Of a stretch of DNA of 64,000 nt, positions 25,725 through 37,620 are shown one piece after another. This DNA comes from Narcine bancroftii (Eukaryota): NCBI RefSeq assembly GCF_036971445.1, contig NC_091471.1, positions 303,614,001 through 303,678,000 on the forward strand, given 5' to 3'. The position numbers were made by a program, and so were the translations under genes. Under the pieces are notes generated by a model. That model was given only the letters and a program-made list of their open reading frames with translations, was not told the origin of the DNA and made no database searches. Position 1 is the stretch's first letter; every line of letters starts with the position of its first letter.

Positions 25725-26054
25725 AAAAGGGATGGGAAACCAACTCCCATGTCTCCATTTATACCAGAAGTAGTTTGATGTTTACAGCCATTTTCATATT
25801 CATACACTTCAGGTATATGAATTCCCTCAAATTTCAGAACCATTCTCTGCCTACACTGAATAAATCATTCTTTGCTTGAAGGATGTCAGGAAGGAATGCG
25901 CAGAAAAATATTAGAAGTATAAATTACATCACACAATGTGTTGCATTCTCATGACTGGTTTAATGGGGATAATGTATGCCTTTTAAAAAATGCCAGTTCT
26001 TGTTTGAATGAGACAATCTCATTATATCTAACTGAGAGTCAGGAATTACTATGT

Positions 26055-26305
26055 TAGTACAGGGACAGGAACTGATCAAGCCTCTGAAACAATGAAATAA
26101 GGTGGCGCTTGTGCTCCTCTTCATCCACACTTGCGACCAGAATATCGTCCATGTAAACAAACACAAAATCGAGGCCAGTGAGTCCATAAACTGCTGGAAT
26201 GTCTGAGCTGCATTCTGTTGACCAAATGGAATTCGCAGAAACTCAAACGTGCCAAGAAAGGTCTTTACTGCCATCTTAGCAATATCACAAGGCTGTGTGT
26301 TCATA
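26055..26305 (-). mobile_element. Gypsy/Ty3 reverse transcriptase fragment (decayed)
   Basis: GTFEFLRIPFGQQNAAQTFQQFMD and, in a shifted frame, FVYMDDILVAS (YxDD). Confidence 0.85.
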
Positions 26306-26499
26306 TCACGTTGGGGTCACCACTTGTATTGGCACTAATTTACCACACCTTACAAACAAATAAAGAATAAATCGTTTCTTTCAGCACACCTTGAAGTTGA
26401 CTTTCTTTTTTTTATCATTCACTAGACTCAACATTGCATTCTTCAACTCCCCAAACACCACCCAACTAAACTCCTCTGATCTTCTCATTGACTCACCAC

Positions 26500-26825
26500 C
26501 ACATGGATGATCCTGACAACATCTTCCAGCTACTCCCATCAGAAGAGGGATGCAGTGTTAGAGCCAGGCAGCAGGCTGAGGAGTAGCTTCTTCCCAAGGG
26601 CAGTGAGACGGGTGAATGACTGTTCAACTGCTCTCCGAGACCCCACTATTTGTTAATAATATTTATTTTAATATATGTAAATAGGTTCTGTGCATATCTA
26701 TTAATTGCCTGGATGTGTGTTTTGTCTGTATCTATATTTGCACTGTTTTACACCATGAACCAGAGAATGCTGTTTCATCAGGTACAATTAGATGATTTAT
26801 AAACTTGAACTTGGACTTGAAATCT
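26500..26825 (+). mobile_element. Rex1/Babar-like 3' end
   Basis: FQLLPSxxG..RLRSSFFPRAVR and (acttga)n tail. Related to 41915-42490. Confidence 0.65.
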
Positions 26826-29800
26826 AATGATGGTTCCTGAACAGTGGGACAACGCTCCTATGTCATGTGCCCTCATGGCAGAGGAAGACATTGGTATATG
26901 TACCAAATGTTGCAGCAATTCCAACTACTGGGATGTTATCTTCAAGCAAAGTTAACAATGAAAAGAAGTGAGATATATAGATTTAAAACTTTATATTCAG
27001 AGATGCTTCTCGTCTGCTGTGGTAAATCTTTTGCAGATCATTCAGTCCATGATGTCTGAGGTATTTAAATTTCCTCAAAATTGCCTTCAAAACTCTATAT
27101 AAACCAACGTCTTCCTTTTATTTCATGGTCACACACATTGAATGTGCAATTGATGAAACAATACTTGCCTTAATATAACAGCAAACTGCTGGAAATAAAG
27201 AAAGACAAATGAATGCATCTGTTAAAGATCAGATGTGGGAGATTAACCCATCTGAGATCCTGGCTGTTGGGCTGTGAAATGTGATAATTTGTTGGGTACA
27301 GCAAGTTGCAACTTGCCTGGTAGTCTCCACAATGTTCACATAACTCATGCCATCTGCATAATTAGGAAGGGGTGCAGTGCATGTCACACTTGCTAATGGT
27401 GAATGTATGCAGTGGTGATGCCAAAACTTGGCCTTATTCTTTGCTGGTCACTGAAGTGATTACAATGAGTCGGCAGCATAGAATTTGTCTGAGGGAGATG
27501 ATTAGTGAAAAGAGAGCACAGAGAAGATTTAGAGTTGGACAGGATTGAGTGGAGGTTAAGAGGGGGAGGTTGTCAAGAGGACAAGTGGGGAGGAAGAGGT
27601 GAGGTTGGGGGAAAGGGAGGGAAGGAATGAAGGAGCGGGAAGTTGGAAAGAAAATGGAGAGAAGGAAAAATGGAAGAAAGAATGATTAGAACGGGAAAGA
27701 GAAGGAGAAAGTTGGGGGAATGAAAATGGATGGCAAACATAGTCATGCAGAGAAGCTGAAGTGCCAAGAGAACCTGGTCCAGCTTCTGTTTCTAGCCATC
27801 TCTTTTAGTCCCTTGAGTGTCAAAATGACTCTTACATGAATTTATTGATAATAGAATCAGTGGCCTTGAAGGTTGTATATCTTACCCTGGAGCTAGTTTT
27901 AGCAATTTAGAGAGTCAAATATTTTCTTCTCAGAATGTTAAATAGTTGGAACCTGTTGTTCCCCGATTAACAGTTCTTATTTTGTCATACCCCACTCCCA
28001 CATTAGAAGCTGAAAGATTCTTGAAGCAGGCATGTAAGTAAAATATTAACAAGAATCTGGGCTGCAGTTTTAATGGCGTAATACACTTCCTTTCAGAACT
28101 CGATATGTGAAAGGAATATACAAGCAATTTTGTAAAGGCTCTCAGGCAACTGAAGATGTATTGGTGACAGAAGGCAAGAAATAAAAAGGATTTAGTTGGG
28201 GCTCAGTTCATGACACAGAACAGGTAAGAAGTCTGAGATTGAATCTTGAATTCTGCCACAATGAAGTCAAGAGGTTTAATGTAAAGCTTTAATCTATCTC
28301 TCAAGAGCTTCATGTACGGCACTCATGAGAAGCTTTGATCATGCAGGAAGATCATTGAGATGATCGGGACTAACAAAATGAATAGAGGCTAAATGTGGCA
28401 AGTGCTACAAACCTAATATAAAATCAATATTCTTAAACATTCAGCTGGCCAAGCAGAGCCCATTGAGTGAAAAGCGGAGTTAACTGTTCACTTTCTATCA
28501 GAACCGGGGAAAATTTGATGTACAACTCTCCTCAGGAAGCGTGAAGGCAGAGTGGGGGAGGGGGGGCGGTGGGGGGTGGGGGGTGAAGGAAGAACTGTGG
28601 AGGCACGATGGATCATTGTGTAAGTCAAAAATTGGTAGTAAAATGGACAAGCTATGGAGAGGTGGGGTCTGGAAGAGGTGTAAATGGAAATAACAGAGTC
28701 ATTTCAGGCAGTGAGTTAATGGGGGAGTTGGCTTTCATTGACAAATGGCAGGGTTGGAGAAAGCAGAAAGTAAAATGGACAACTCTGTACAGGGAGGATG
28801 AACCAGAAGTCATAACCAGGAAAGGCTGCGAGGAAAAATGTATTTCTTGTGCAGTAGCAGCTGTAACGTTGGGAGGTCCTGACAAAAGCAGCAGTGAAAG
28901 CAGAATATTAAATAGCCTTTTAAAAGAAGGTGATAAATATTTGAAGAACTAAACATAAGGAGGAAATGAAAGGGCAGGAAAACATGAATAGAATTAAATG
29001 GCCCTTGTGGAACTGGCCTGGTGTATTAAAATGAGTGCGGATGAGTTCACTTTATCCTTTGAGTTTAGCAGAGGGTGGAATATTGGGAAATAATTATGGA
29101 GATATATATGCTTGTTAGGGCAATTAAAGTAGAAGACAAACACTTATGTCCCTATATCACTGCACAAGAATGTCTTAGTTATGTCCTGTTTTAAAATATC
29201 AGGATAAATCCAATCATGTTAATTATCTGGTTAGACATCTACATGCTGCCTCAAGAAGGCAGCTAACATCATAAAGGACCCCCTCAACCTGGTCACAACC
29301 TCTTCTCACTGCTACCTTCAGGCAGGAAAAACAGACCAGATCCTTTTGGTTCAACAAGTTTTTTCAACATGATCAGGCTCTTATCTTAACACAACTGCAA
29401 GACTACCAAAGATCTGTCTGTACCACAAACCCAGCACTACATTTTCAATGTCTATCTATCTATTTATTTATTTATGTTTTCATTATATATTAATATCTAT
29501 ATTTTTCTCTTCTTATGTGTTGTTGTTTGTTTTATGTACCTGGAAAGCTGCAGCAAGGAAGACTTTTAACACATCTCTAAACTGGTATTGGAACTGGGAT
29601 TTGAGAGGATGCCGAGGGCACGAAGGCTCCCAAAAGACCTTGGAGGTTTGGATCTGAGCTCAGGTTATCGATGGTTTGAATTGAATTGAAGTCTTGTACA
29701 GCTGCAGAGCATGAAGAAAAACTGGAGGTGAATCCATGGTGGGGGTGGGGGTGGGGGTCTCTCTTTTGATTCGATTTCTCTGATTGTAATAAGTGTAACG

Positions 29801-29851
29801 AGAGAAATGCAAATGGTGAATCTTTGCCTTATGGCAGGCTAAAGGCAATCT

Positions 29852-29977
29852 CCTGCAACCGCTGCAACCGTGTCTGCCTGTCCCGCATTGGACTTGTCAG
29901 CCACAAACGAGCCTGCAGTGGACATTTACCCCCTCCATAAATCTTCGTCCACGAAGCCAAGCCAAAGAAGAAGAAGA
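29852..29977 (+). mobile_element. Young RTE 3' fragment inside the unclassified retroposon copy (29580-30030)
   Basis: cctgcaaccgctgcaacc ... gccaagccaaagaagaagaag. Confidence 0.9.
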
Positions 29978-30196
29978 TGACACATTTCTTTTTTATTAGA
30001 TGACAATAAATTGCATCTATCTGATCCATATTTGACAATAATCTTCATTTATTACTCACAATTAATTTATTTCCACTCATCAGTGAGGTATCATTATAAA
30101 TGCTATCAAGCAGCATTTACTCTCCAATAATCTGGTCACACATCCAATTTGAGGTTCATTCCAGATTTCATGTCAGCCTTGGTCCAAACACTTCCC

Positions 30197-30629
30197 AAAA
30201 AAAATGTATTATGTCAACCTGGAAATCAGAAGAGAGCCTGAGACTACAGCAATGGTACATAGAAATGAATAAATGTATTCCATTGGAAAAAATAACATAT
30301 AATTTAAGAAATAACATCACAGTACTTGAACAAATTTGGGAACCGTACGAGGAACACAACAGAGAAGTCCTACCGCGGACCTAAAATGACAGAAGGAGAA
30401 GAAGACGAAATGAACTGACCCAGTGTGTAAAAGTAATGACACAATTTTCTTGTTTATTTTCATTGTGTGATGACATTGTTTAATGGGTTTAATAGGTTGA
30501 ACATTGAGTGGGTGGGAAGGGGGGGTGAAGGAGAGAAAATGACTCTGTGTATATTCAAGAGGGAAATGTTTGTGTGTATTTTGGTTAGTATGATTCATAG
30601 TGTGAAAAATAAAAAAAATTAAAAAAAAA
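30197..30629 (+). mobile_element. L1 3' fragment with poly(A)
   Basis: KKCIMSTWKSEESL..EKITYNLRN..QIWEPY, aataaa and A tail. Homologous to 20743-21210. Confidence 0.9.
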
Positions 30630-33480
30630 GAATTCTAGAGATGAGGTGAGAGACACTGGCTTTTAAATGAAGGCAGCGTGTGACCGGTGTGGCATGAAAA
30701 GACCCTGTAAACTGAAATAAATGGCCTTCAGTGGAGAAACAACTCCAGAGGTTGAGGTATTACTTTCCATAAAGGAAGATGGTTGTGATTTTTAAGGCCA
30801 ATTCCTCAGCCCAACTCCTTCCTCAATGACTTTCAGCTCAAGGACATCAATGGGGATGCAGCAATATCAACATATGCTCACTTCCTGAGGAGAGTTCCAC
30901 ATCAAATTTTCCAAGAAACTAGAAGAACAAATGTGCACATCTTCTTGAATACGGTATTTTGCATTTCCTTGCCTGCAGGAAAAAGCTCAGGGATACATGT
31001 ATATCTGAAATCTGTACTTTGAACATTGAACCAATAACACTTAAAGGAGCAGTTTCAACGATGGCAAGAATTGGTTTGAGGAGGGAGCTCTTGGCGACCA
31101 TTTGGAATGAAATTTGGATGGATAATAAAATTGGTTTTGTCAGCAAAATGAATAAACAAAGCAAAATGAGGTGAGGAAGACTAACGAAGTTTTATGGATC
31201 ACCAGAAGCGTAATCTCCCTTCACAGCAGGTTAAGGATGCATTGACCCTATGGGCTGGCTGTAAGGACCACCTTTTTAGTGAAATAATTTAAATAAGAAG
31301 TCACCTAAGTCATGGATCCAGATGCTGATGAAGTGTCCTCCACACAATCTAATCTTGAAAATCAAAAACATGAAACAGAAAGTATACAGGGAGCCCAAAA
31401 TGGACTGAGACGCGGTTGTGGAGGATGGTGGCATTAGAGGAGATGATGGGCACTCTATTCACAGAAACTCTGAAGTGACTCTCTTTTTTTCTCTTCTTGG
31501 TAGGAGGAATGAACTCGGCATTCAGGGCACCCAAAAGCGAACATATCCTGTGTGATGATAAAGGAACCTTGAACTTTGATGAATGGAGACAATTCCTCAT
31601 ATCATCCTTTGCAGAGCCATCTGTGCAGATCAAAAGGTATCAACAAATAAACAAAAGTAACGAGGACAAAGAATTTCCTGTCACAGAGTCGTAGAGTCAT
31701 TGAGAGGTCCAGACCAATAAAGAAAAGCACCTCAGTCACTCCACTCTGTCCATCAACCATCCTATTTACATTAATCCTACACTAAACCTGTTTTTATTCT
31801 CTTCATATTCACATTGACTCCACCCCCCACTATTTCAAATCCTTCTAGTCACCAAAATAGTTGGGCAATTTATTGCAGTCGATTAACCTACCAAAGCACA
31901 AATCTTTGAGCCATGGGTGGGGGAAACCAAAACAGCCAGAGGAATCATGAGTCTTCTCTGGGTGGATATGCAAACTCCACTCCAACAGCACCAACATGAA
32001 GAGTGAATCCAGGTCTCTGGAGATGCGAGGTCTCTAGCTCTAATAGCTCTATGACTATACTGCCCACATTTGGCATGGCCTTGCATAGGCTCTCATTCTC
32101 CGAGGTGGCTGAGCACCAAATGATATATGTGGCTGCTGACTGAGTTTGCAGCTGTTAATGACGGAAGCAAAGGAAGAGATAAACCTCTTTAACCTTCTCC
32201 TCACCATTCCACATGTGGTTGATGTACCTAGCCATCATTGCATTGATGGAAGGGAGCTCTGCATGGTTGACATGGAATTAAAACCCTTCCTTCAAATGAA
32301 AACCATCTTCCACTTCCCTATGCTTCTCGACAATTGTGCCTAAATAGGTTAGCGAACAGTTCTTGCAGCTTAAAAACTAGCATCTACGGTATGTGCAATG
32401 ATCTTATTGAATAGTAGAGTAGATAGGAGGGGCTGAATGGCCAGTGCATCATTATTTCTAATCTGCAGTGCAGGAGATTGCAACATCTGGACTTCACAAG
32501 TTGGTTGACATCAACGTGCAGTCAAGAAATCCATGGCGCAGCAAGTTCAAGACGCCTGTTCATATGGGAGTGCAGCGAACTTGCTCATAGAGCTTGGCAT
32601 GGAAGTTGGCATTTCTATTACCAGTTCTGGCTCATTATCTATATGGCTGGAATATGGAGCAGTGATTACAAAAGGTATTTAATTGGCTAGAATAAGCTTC
32701 AAGACACCCTAGGGCTGTGAACGATATTTCTTTTTGTAGTGTTGATCTGCTTTCAATTTAAAGTTTTCTCTGTCAATTCCTTTTAAGATATATCTCTTGA
32801 GAGAGCTGCTGCCAATCAGTTATTAGGATGTTATTGTGAAGCTCATTTGCACAAACTCCTGTCCTGAAATGGTGTAACAACAAGTCAGCGAATTGAGAAC
32901 AAAACCTTTTCGTAACACTTTATAATGATGCTTCAGTCAATTTCAGTGTGACAGAATCTTTTCCTCTGTGAGATTCCTGTTTCCCATATGAAAACTTTTT
33001 TTGCAGTGTCTTTAATTAATCTCTAAGTTCTAGGTTTGTTCATCTTCCTTAATTATTGCTTGTTAATATCCAAATTAATGCATCAAAAATGAAGAGTGAC
33101 GTGATTGAAATATTAATGTGATTTGAAAAACCTGGAAGCTGATTGCCAAGGTCAGCTTTTGCAACATTCCTGAATATGCAAAATGCTTCATGGGTTACTC
33201 ACCTGTTCTATGCATGAGTGTCAGGTATCAGGAAAGGTGCGGACATCCCAGTGTTAAAGATTCATGTTGTTCTCTTGCAAATACCTCAACTTGTTTTCCC
33301 AGAAGCTCAGTGCTTTAGTTGAATGAAGCAACTTATAGGCCTTTGCCATAAAAAGGCAAATTCGCCATTTTGTTTTCGTTGAGCTACCTTTATGGACCAT
33401 AAAAAGAAACCCTAGTGAAAGTGCATATCAAGAAGTGTGAGCTACTCTGATTTGAATTTTTTGCCCTCGTTCAATCCTGG

Positions 33481-34007
33481 TACTTTGGTCACTCCATCGG
33501 TAGTCAGTACGAATTGTAAACAATGTCTCCTCCTGACTGACTATTAACACAGGTGCATCTCAAAGATGCGTGCTTAGCCCACTACTCTACTCACTATGCA
33601 CCCATGACTGGGTGGCCAGGTAAAATTCCAATGCTACCTACAAATTTGCCAATGACACCACAGTTGTCGGCAGAATCACAAATGGGAATGAGGAAGTGTA
33701 CAGGAGGGAGGTAGATCAGTTAGTTGAGTGGAGCACACCAGCAACCTTGCACTCATTGTTAGCAAAACCAAGGAGATGATTGTGGGCTTCAGGAGGAAGT
33801 CAGGAGAACATGTTCCAGTTCTCATTGAGGGCTGCGTAGTGGAGAGGGTCAAGAATTTCAAATTTCAGGGTGTCAACATCTCCGAGGATCTGTCCTCAAG
33901 CCTCCATGTCGATGCAATCATGAAGAAGGCTTGGTAGCAGCTATACTTTGTGAGGTGTTTTTGCGAGACTGATTACATCACTGTCTGGTGTGGACGTGCC
34001 AAGAAAA
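33481..34007 (+). mobile_element. Rex1/Babar-like RT fragment
   Basis: QRCVLSPLLYSL, KFANDTTVVG and NLALxVSKTKEMIVxFRRK..VERVKNFKFxGVNISEDL. Confidence 0.85.
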
Positions 34008-34164
34008 CTGCTGCCATTCGGTTAATAGGATGTTATTGTGAAGCTCATTTGCACAAACTCCTGTCCTGAAATGGTGCAACAACAAGTCAGCGAATTGAGA
34101 ACAAAATCCTTTCGTAACATTTTATAATGAGTATTCACTGAGGCTTCAGTCATTTATGTCAGCG

Positions 34165-34357
34165 TGTAGTGAACTGGAATTCACTAGAAGTGTGCTGTAC
34201 TGACGACCTCCTGCCTCCTGATTCCTGTATGTAACCCTGGTTTCCCGCCTAAACCCAGAACCCCTCTGAAGCCTGTTCGTGAACCCTACCTATGTTGTAA
34301 ACTAATAAAAACGTTTGTTCTCCCTCCAGTCGAGTGTGATATTTTATCTATGCTGCA
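34165..34357 (+). mobile_element. Short solo LTR (about 193 bp)
   Basis: TGTAGT...GCTGCA termini, aataaa near 34304, near-TSD cagcg / cagct. Confidence 0.55.
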
Positions 34358-34359
34358 CA

Positions 34360-34909
34360 GCTTGGGCAACTTCAGCAGTGTCGCTTATGTTCTCTTTCGA
34401 AGATCACCTGGCAAGACAAGATCCCCGATATTGAGGTCCTTTCTTGAGCCGGAATGCCAGCAGTTTCAACCTTTGAGATGTCAGCTCAACTGCGCTGGGC
34501 AGGACATATTGTCAGAATGCCTGATGGAAGACATCTGCAAGGCCAACTGTCCAGTGGTACCCGGAAATGAGGAGGTCAGTGACTACGGTACAAGGATGTT
34601 CTGCACAGGATCCTCAAGAAAGCTGATATTGCCCCATCAACATGGGAGAATCTGGCTCAAGATCACTCACAGTGGAGGGACTCCATCAGAAAAGGTGTGG
34701 ATACTGCTGAGAACAAGATCAAAGAGGCAACAGAGCAAAGGTACAGGAGGCGTCCCTCTGTCCTCCAGGCCTCACCTGCCAAGTATGTGGCAAGTGGTAC
34801 CTGTCAAGGATTGGAATGTACAGCTACTCCAGGACGCACATATCAACCCCCACAAACTGATGAAAGGACCCATCATCATCCTACAGGATGGATAGCCAGA
34901 AGAAGAAAA
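34360..34909 (+). mobile_element. Older, second RTE family 3' fragment
   Basis: KITWQDKIPDIEVL, QLRWAGHIVRMPDGR, RYKD, SRIG and (gaa)n tail. Many frameshifts. Confidence 0.8.
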
Positions 34910-35094
34910 TTTATACATTCAAAGGATTTGAAACACAATGAATCGTCTTCTTGTACTTTAAAAAGGGGTAGTTTAAGAGTTTCAAAATCCGACTAGCAAA
35001 TACCATTAGCAGAAATTCATAAATGCTATCTTTATTCAGACAGGCTGGTCAGTTTTTTTTAAGTCAAGCTGGCTTCTTGTACAATTATTTTAAA

Positions 35095-35530
35095 TCTTTG
35101 GAAGGGGGTTCAGAAGAGATTTACCAGGATTTTGCCTAGCTAATAAGGTATTTTATGGGAGAAACAGATTGTTTTCTTTGCAACTTAAGAGGCTGAGAGG
35201 AGAACTTATAGAGGTTTATGAGATCATGATAAGGTGGACAGTGATAAACTTTTCCCCAAGGTAAAAGCCTCACACAGTGGAGGATATACGTTTAAAATGA
35301 GCAGGTGTGTTTAAGGGAAATGTGTGATGCCAAGATTTCACGCAGGGAGCAATGGAGCAATGGATGCCTGGAAGGAGCTGCTGGGGGTAATAGTGGGGGC
35401 AGATACTATAGTCACATTAAATAGACACTGGAATATGAAAGGAAATGGTGGTACATCTATCACGTTCAAATAGCAGAGTTTGATTTGGGCATCATGTTCA
35501 GCACGGATAGATGGGTCGAAGGGCCTGCAG
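35095..35530 (+). mobile_element. Old CR1 3' fragment
   Basis: gggttcagaagagatttaccagg and aggctgagaggagaacttatagaggtttat. Confidence 0.75.
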
Positions 35531-36159
35531 AAACCTAATTTGCACCGCATGTAAGTTTGTGCTTGTAATCTTCTGAGCCGATTTGGTGGAAATCCGCAGG
35601 GCTTTCTGCCCTTTGCGTTTGATCTAAGTTAAGCTTTCAAGGTTTTGTAGGGAATTGATCAAGGGAATGGTTTCAGGAACATAGGTCAAAAATGAAAAGG
35701 TTAAGAGCACAAAGAGGAATTTTCTTTTCAGACACAAGATAATGGAATCACAAGATAAATTACAAAGTCAGCCTTTGAAGTGTACTACATAAATGGTTTC
35801 CCAGACAGTGAGAGGTGTTGCTAGAGAGAGAAAAACATTGAGGAATAAAATACATTTTTATTTATATACAGTATGAAGTTACACTTGTTCGTCTTTCCCT
35901 ATTTTCTGTATAATTGAGACTGCTTTAAAAAAGGGGTTTTAAATTAGTGATTGTTAGAGAAGATATCTATACCCAGTTCATAGCATTTCCTTTTGTTGAT
36001 GTAAAAATTTTATTTTATATTGTATTTATGTTGTGCATCTCACATTCATGTGTGGATGGCAGGACCCTGGGGAGAGCTGTCGAACCTAGTTCCCTGAACA
36101 TTGTGCATAGTTTGCTAAAAATGGCGACACAGAGAAATAGAAGATGTTAGTGAGATCAT

Positions 36160-36652
36160 GCTTTAGCATATCATGCGCCATTCTGCTCACCGTGCCATGG
36201 GAAGGATGTGATTCAGTGAGGGGTGGTGCAGAAAAGACATAGAAGGACTGGAGGGCTTCAGTTACAAGGAGAGATTGGGTATCCTATGCAAAAGAGGCGG
36301 CTGAGGGGTGACATTATAAAAGTTTATACATTTCTGTTGAGCATAGATAAGTTGGTGGCCACAGTTGTTTTTTTCCCCAGAAGTTTAAAACCAGAGGGCA
36401 TAGGTTTAAGGTGAATAGGGAAAGATTTTTTTCTCACAGAGGATGGTGAGCACATGGAATGAGCTATCAGTGGAAGTTTTAGAGGCGGATACAATTGCAA
36501 TGTTTAAAAGACATTTGGACAAGTAAATGGATTGGGAAGGTTTGGAGGGATATGAGCCAAATGGAGGCAAATGGAACAAGTCTACGGAAACACCTTAGTC
36601 AGAATGAACATGTTGGGCTGAAGGTTTAGTTTCCATGACTCTAAGATTCTAT
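36160..36652 (+). mobile_element. Old CR1 3' fragment
   Basis: RRLRGDIIKVY and CR1-type 3' end. Confidence 0.75.
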
Positions 36653-37620
36653 ATTCCTTGGGCGCTTTGATCATGTCTTTGCAGTTAACTAACAGTAGAA
36701 AAAGTTGTATTCTCAATAACAGTGTGATGGAATGAACAAGAGGTGTGGGAACTTCATACAGCACAGATTTATGGTAAAACGATTTGAATTTGCTGTTTGG
36801 ATTACATAATTTTAGCATGCTTTGCCCACATATTCACAATGGTGATGAGGTACCTAAAGAAAAGTGCAAGCCTATAATTTAATTCAAAAATTGACGTGAT
36901 GCTACAAAACTATGAAACAAATCATTTTGCCAAAACCACCTAAATTCTAAGACAGAATTATTTGTTTGTATTGGACATAGTCACAGAGCAGTTTATCATC
37001 AATCAGAGTGAGCCTTTGCTTTGCAAATAAGATTAGCATGGACAGGCAAAATAAGTGTTGGATTGGAGGACATTGTGATAATATTCCATTTAATTAACAA
37101 TTCCTGTTTAATCAGTTTGCATGAGAGAGGAATTTCAGGCAATAATGAATTTTGAGCTATTAACATCTTCAAAAATGGGGCTATTTGTTGAGGCAAGGTG
37201 GGTGGGAGTAGCTGAGCAAGCAAGGAGTAAAGAGGTATTTGAATGATTGGGTGGGAAATTGATCAATGTTGGAGGCACAAATCAAATATAGTTAATCAGC
37301 AGGCTCCTTCATGCTCCTTCCCCACCCATTCCCCCCCTTCCCCACCCTTTCCCCATCCCTGACCATTTTGGCTTCAGATTTCTTTCTTTTTGTTCCTGAG
37401 GAAGGGTTTTGGCTCATATTGTTGGCTCTTTATTGCCTTCCGTGGATGGTGGTGCCTGACCTGCTGAACTTCCCCAACATTTTGTGTGATCCTTTATATC
37501 TTAAGTGGAAAGAAAAATAATGCATCAAGTAAAAAGATCTTGATTCTCTACAAATTAAGCAAACACATTAGCTGGGGTCGAGTCGAGTACACAAAGATGA
37601 TGAACAAACTCAGCAGGTCA

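Noticed and set aside
28147-28223. Exon candidate ending in CAG|gtaaga
   Set aside because: Stop codons in all three frames and a weak acceptor.
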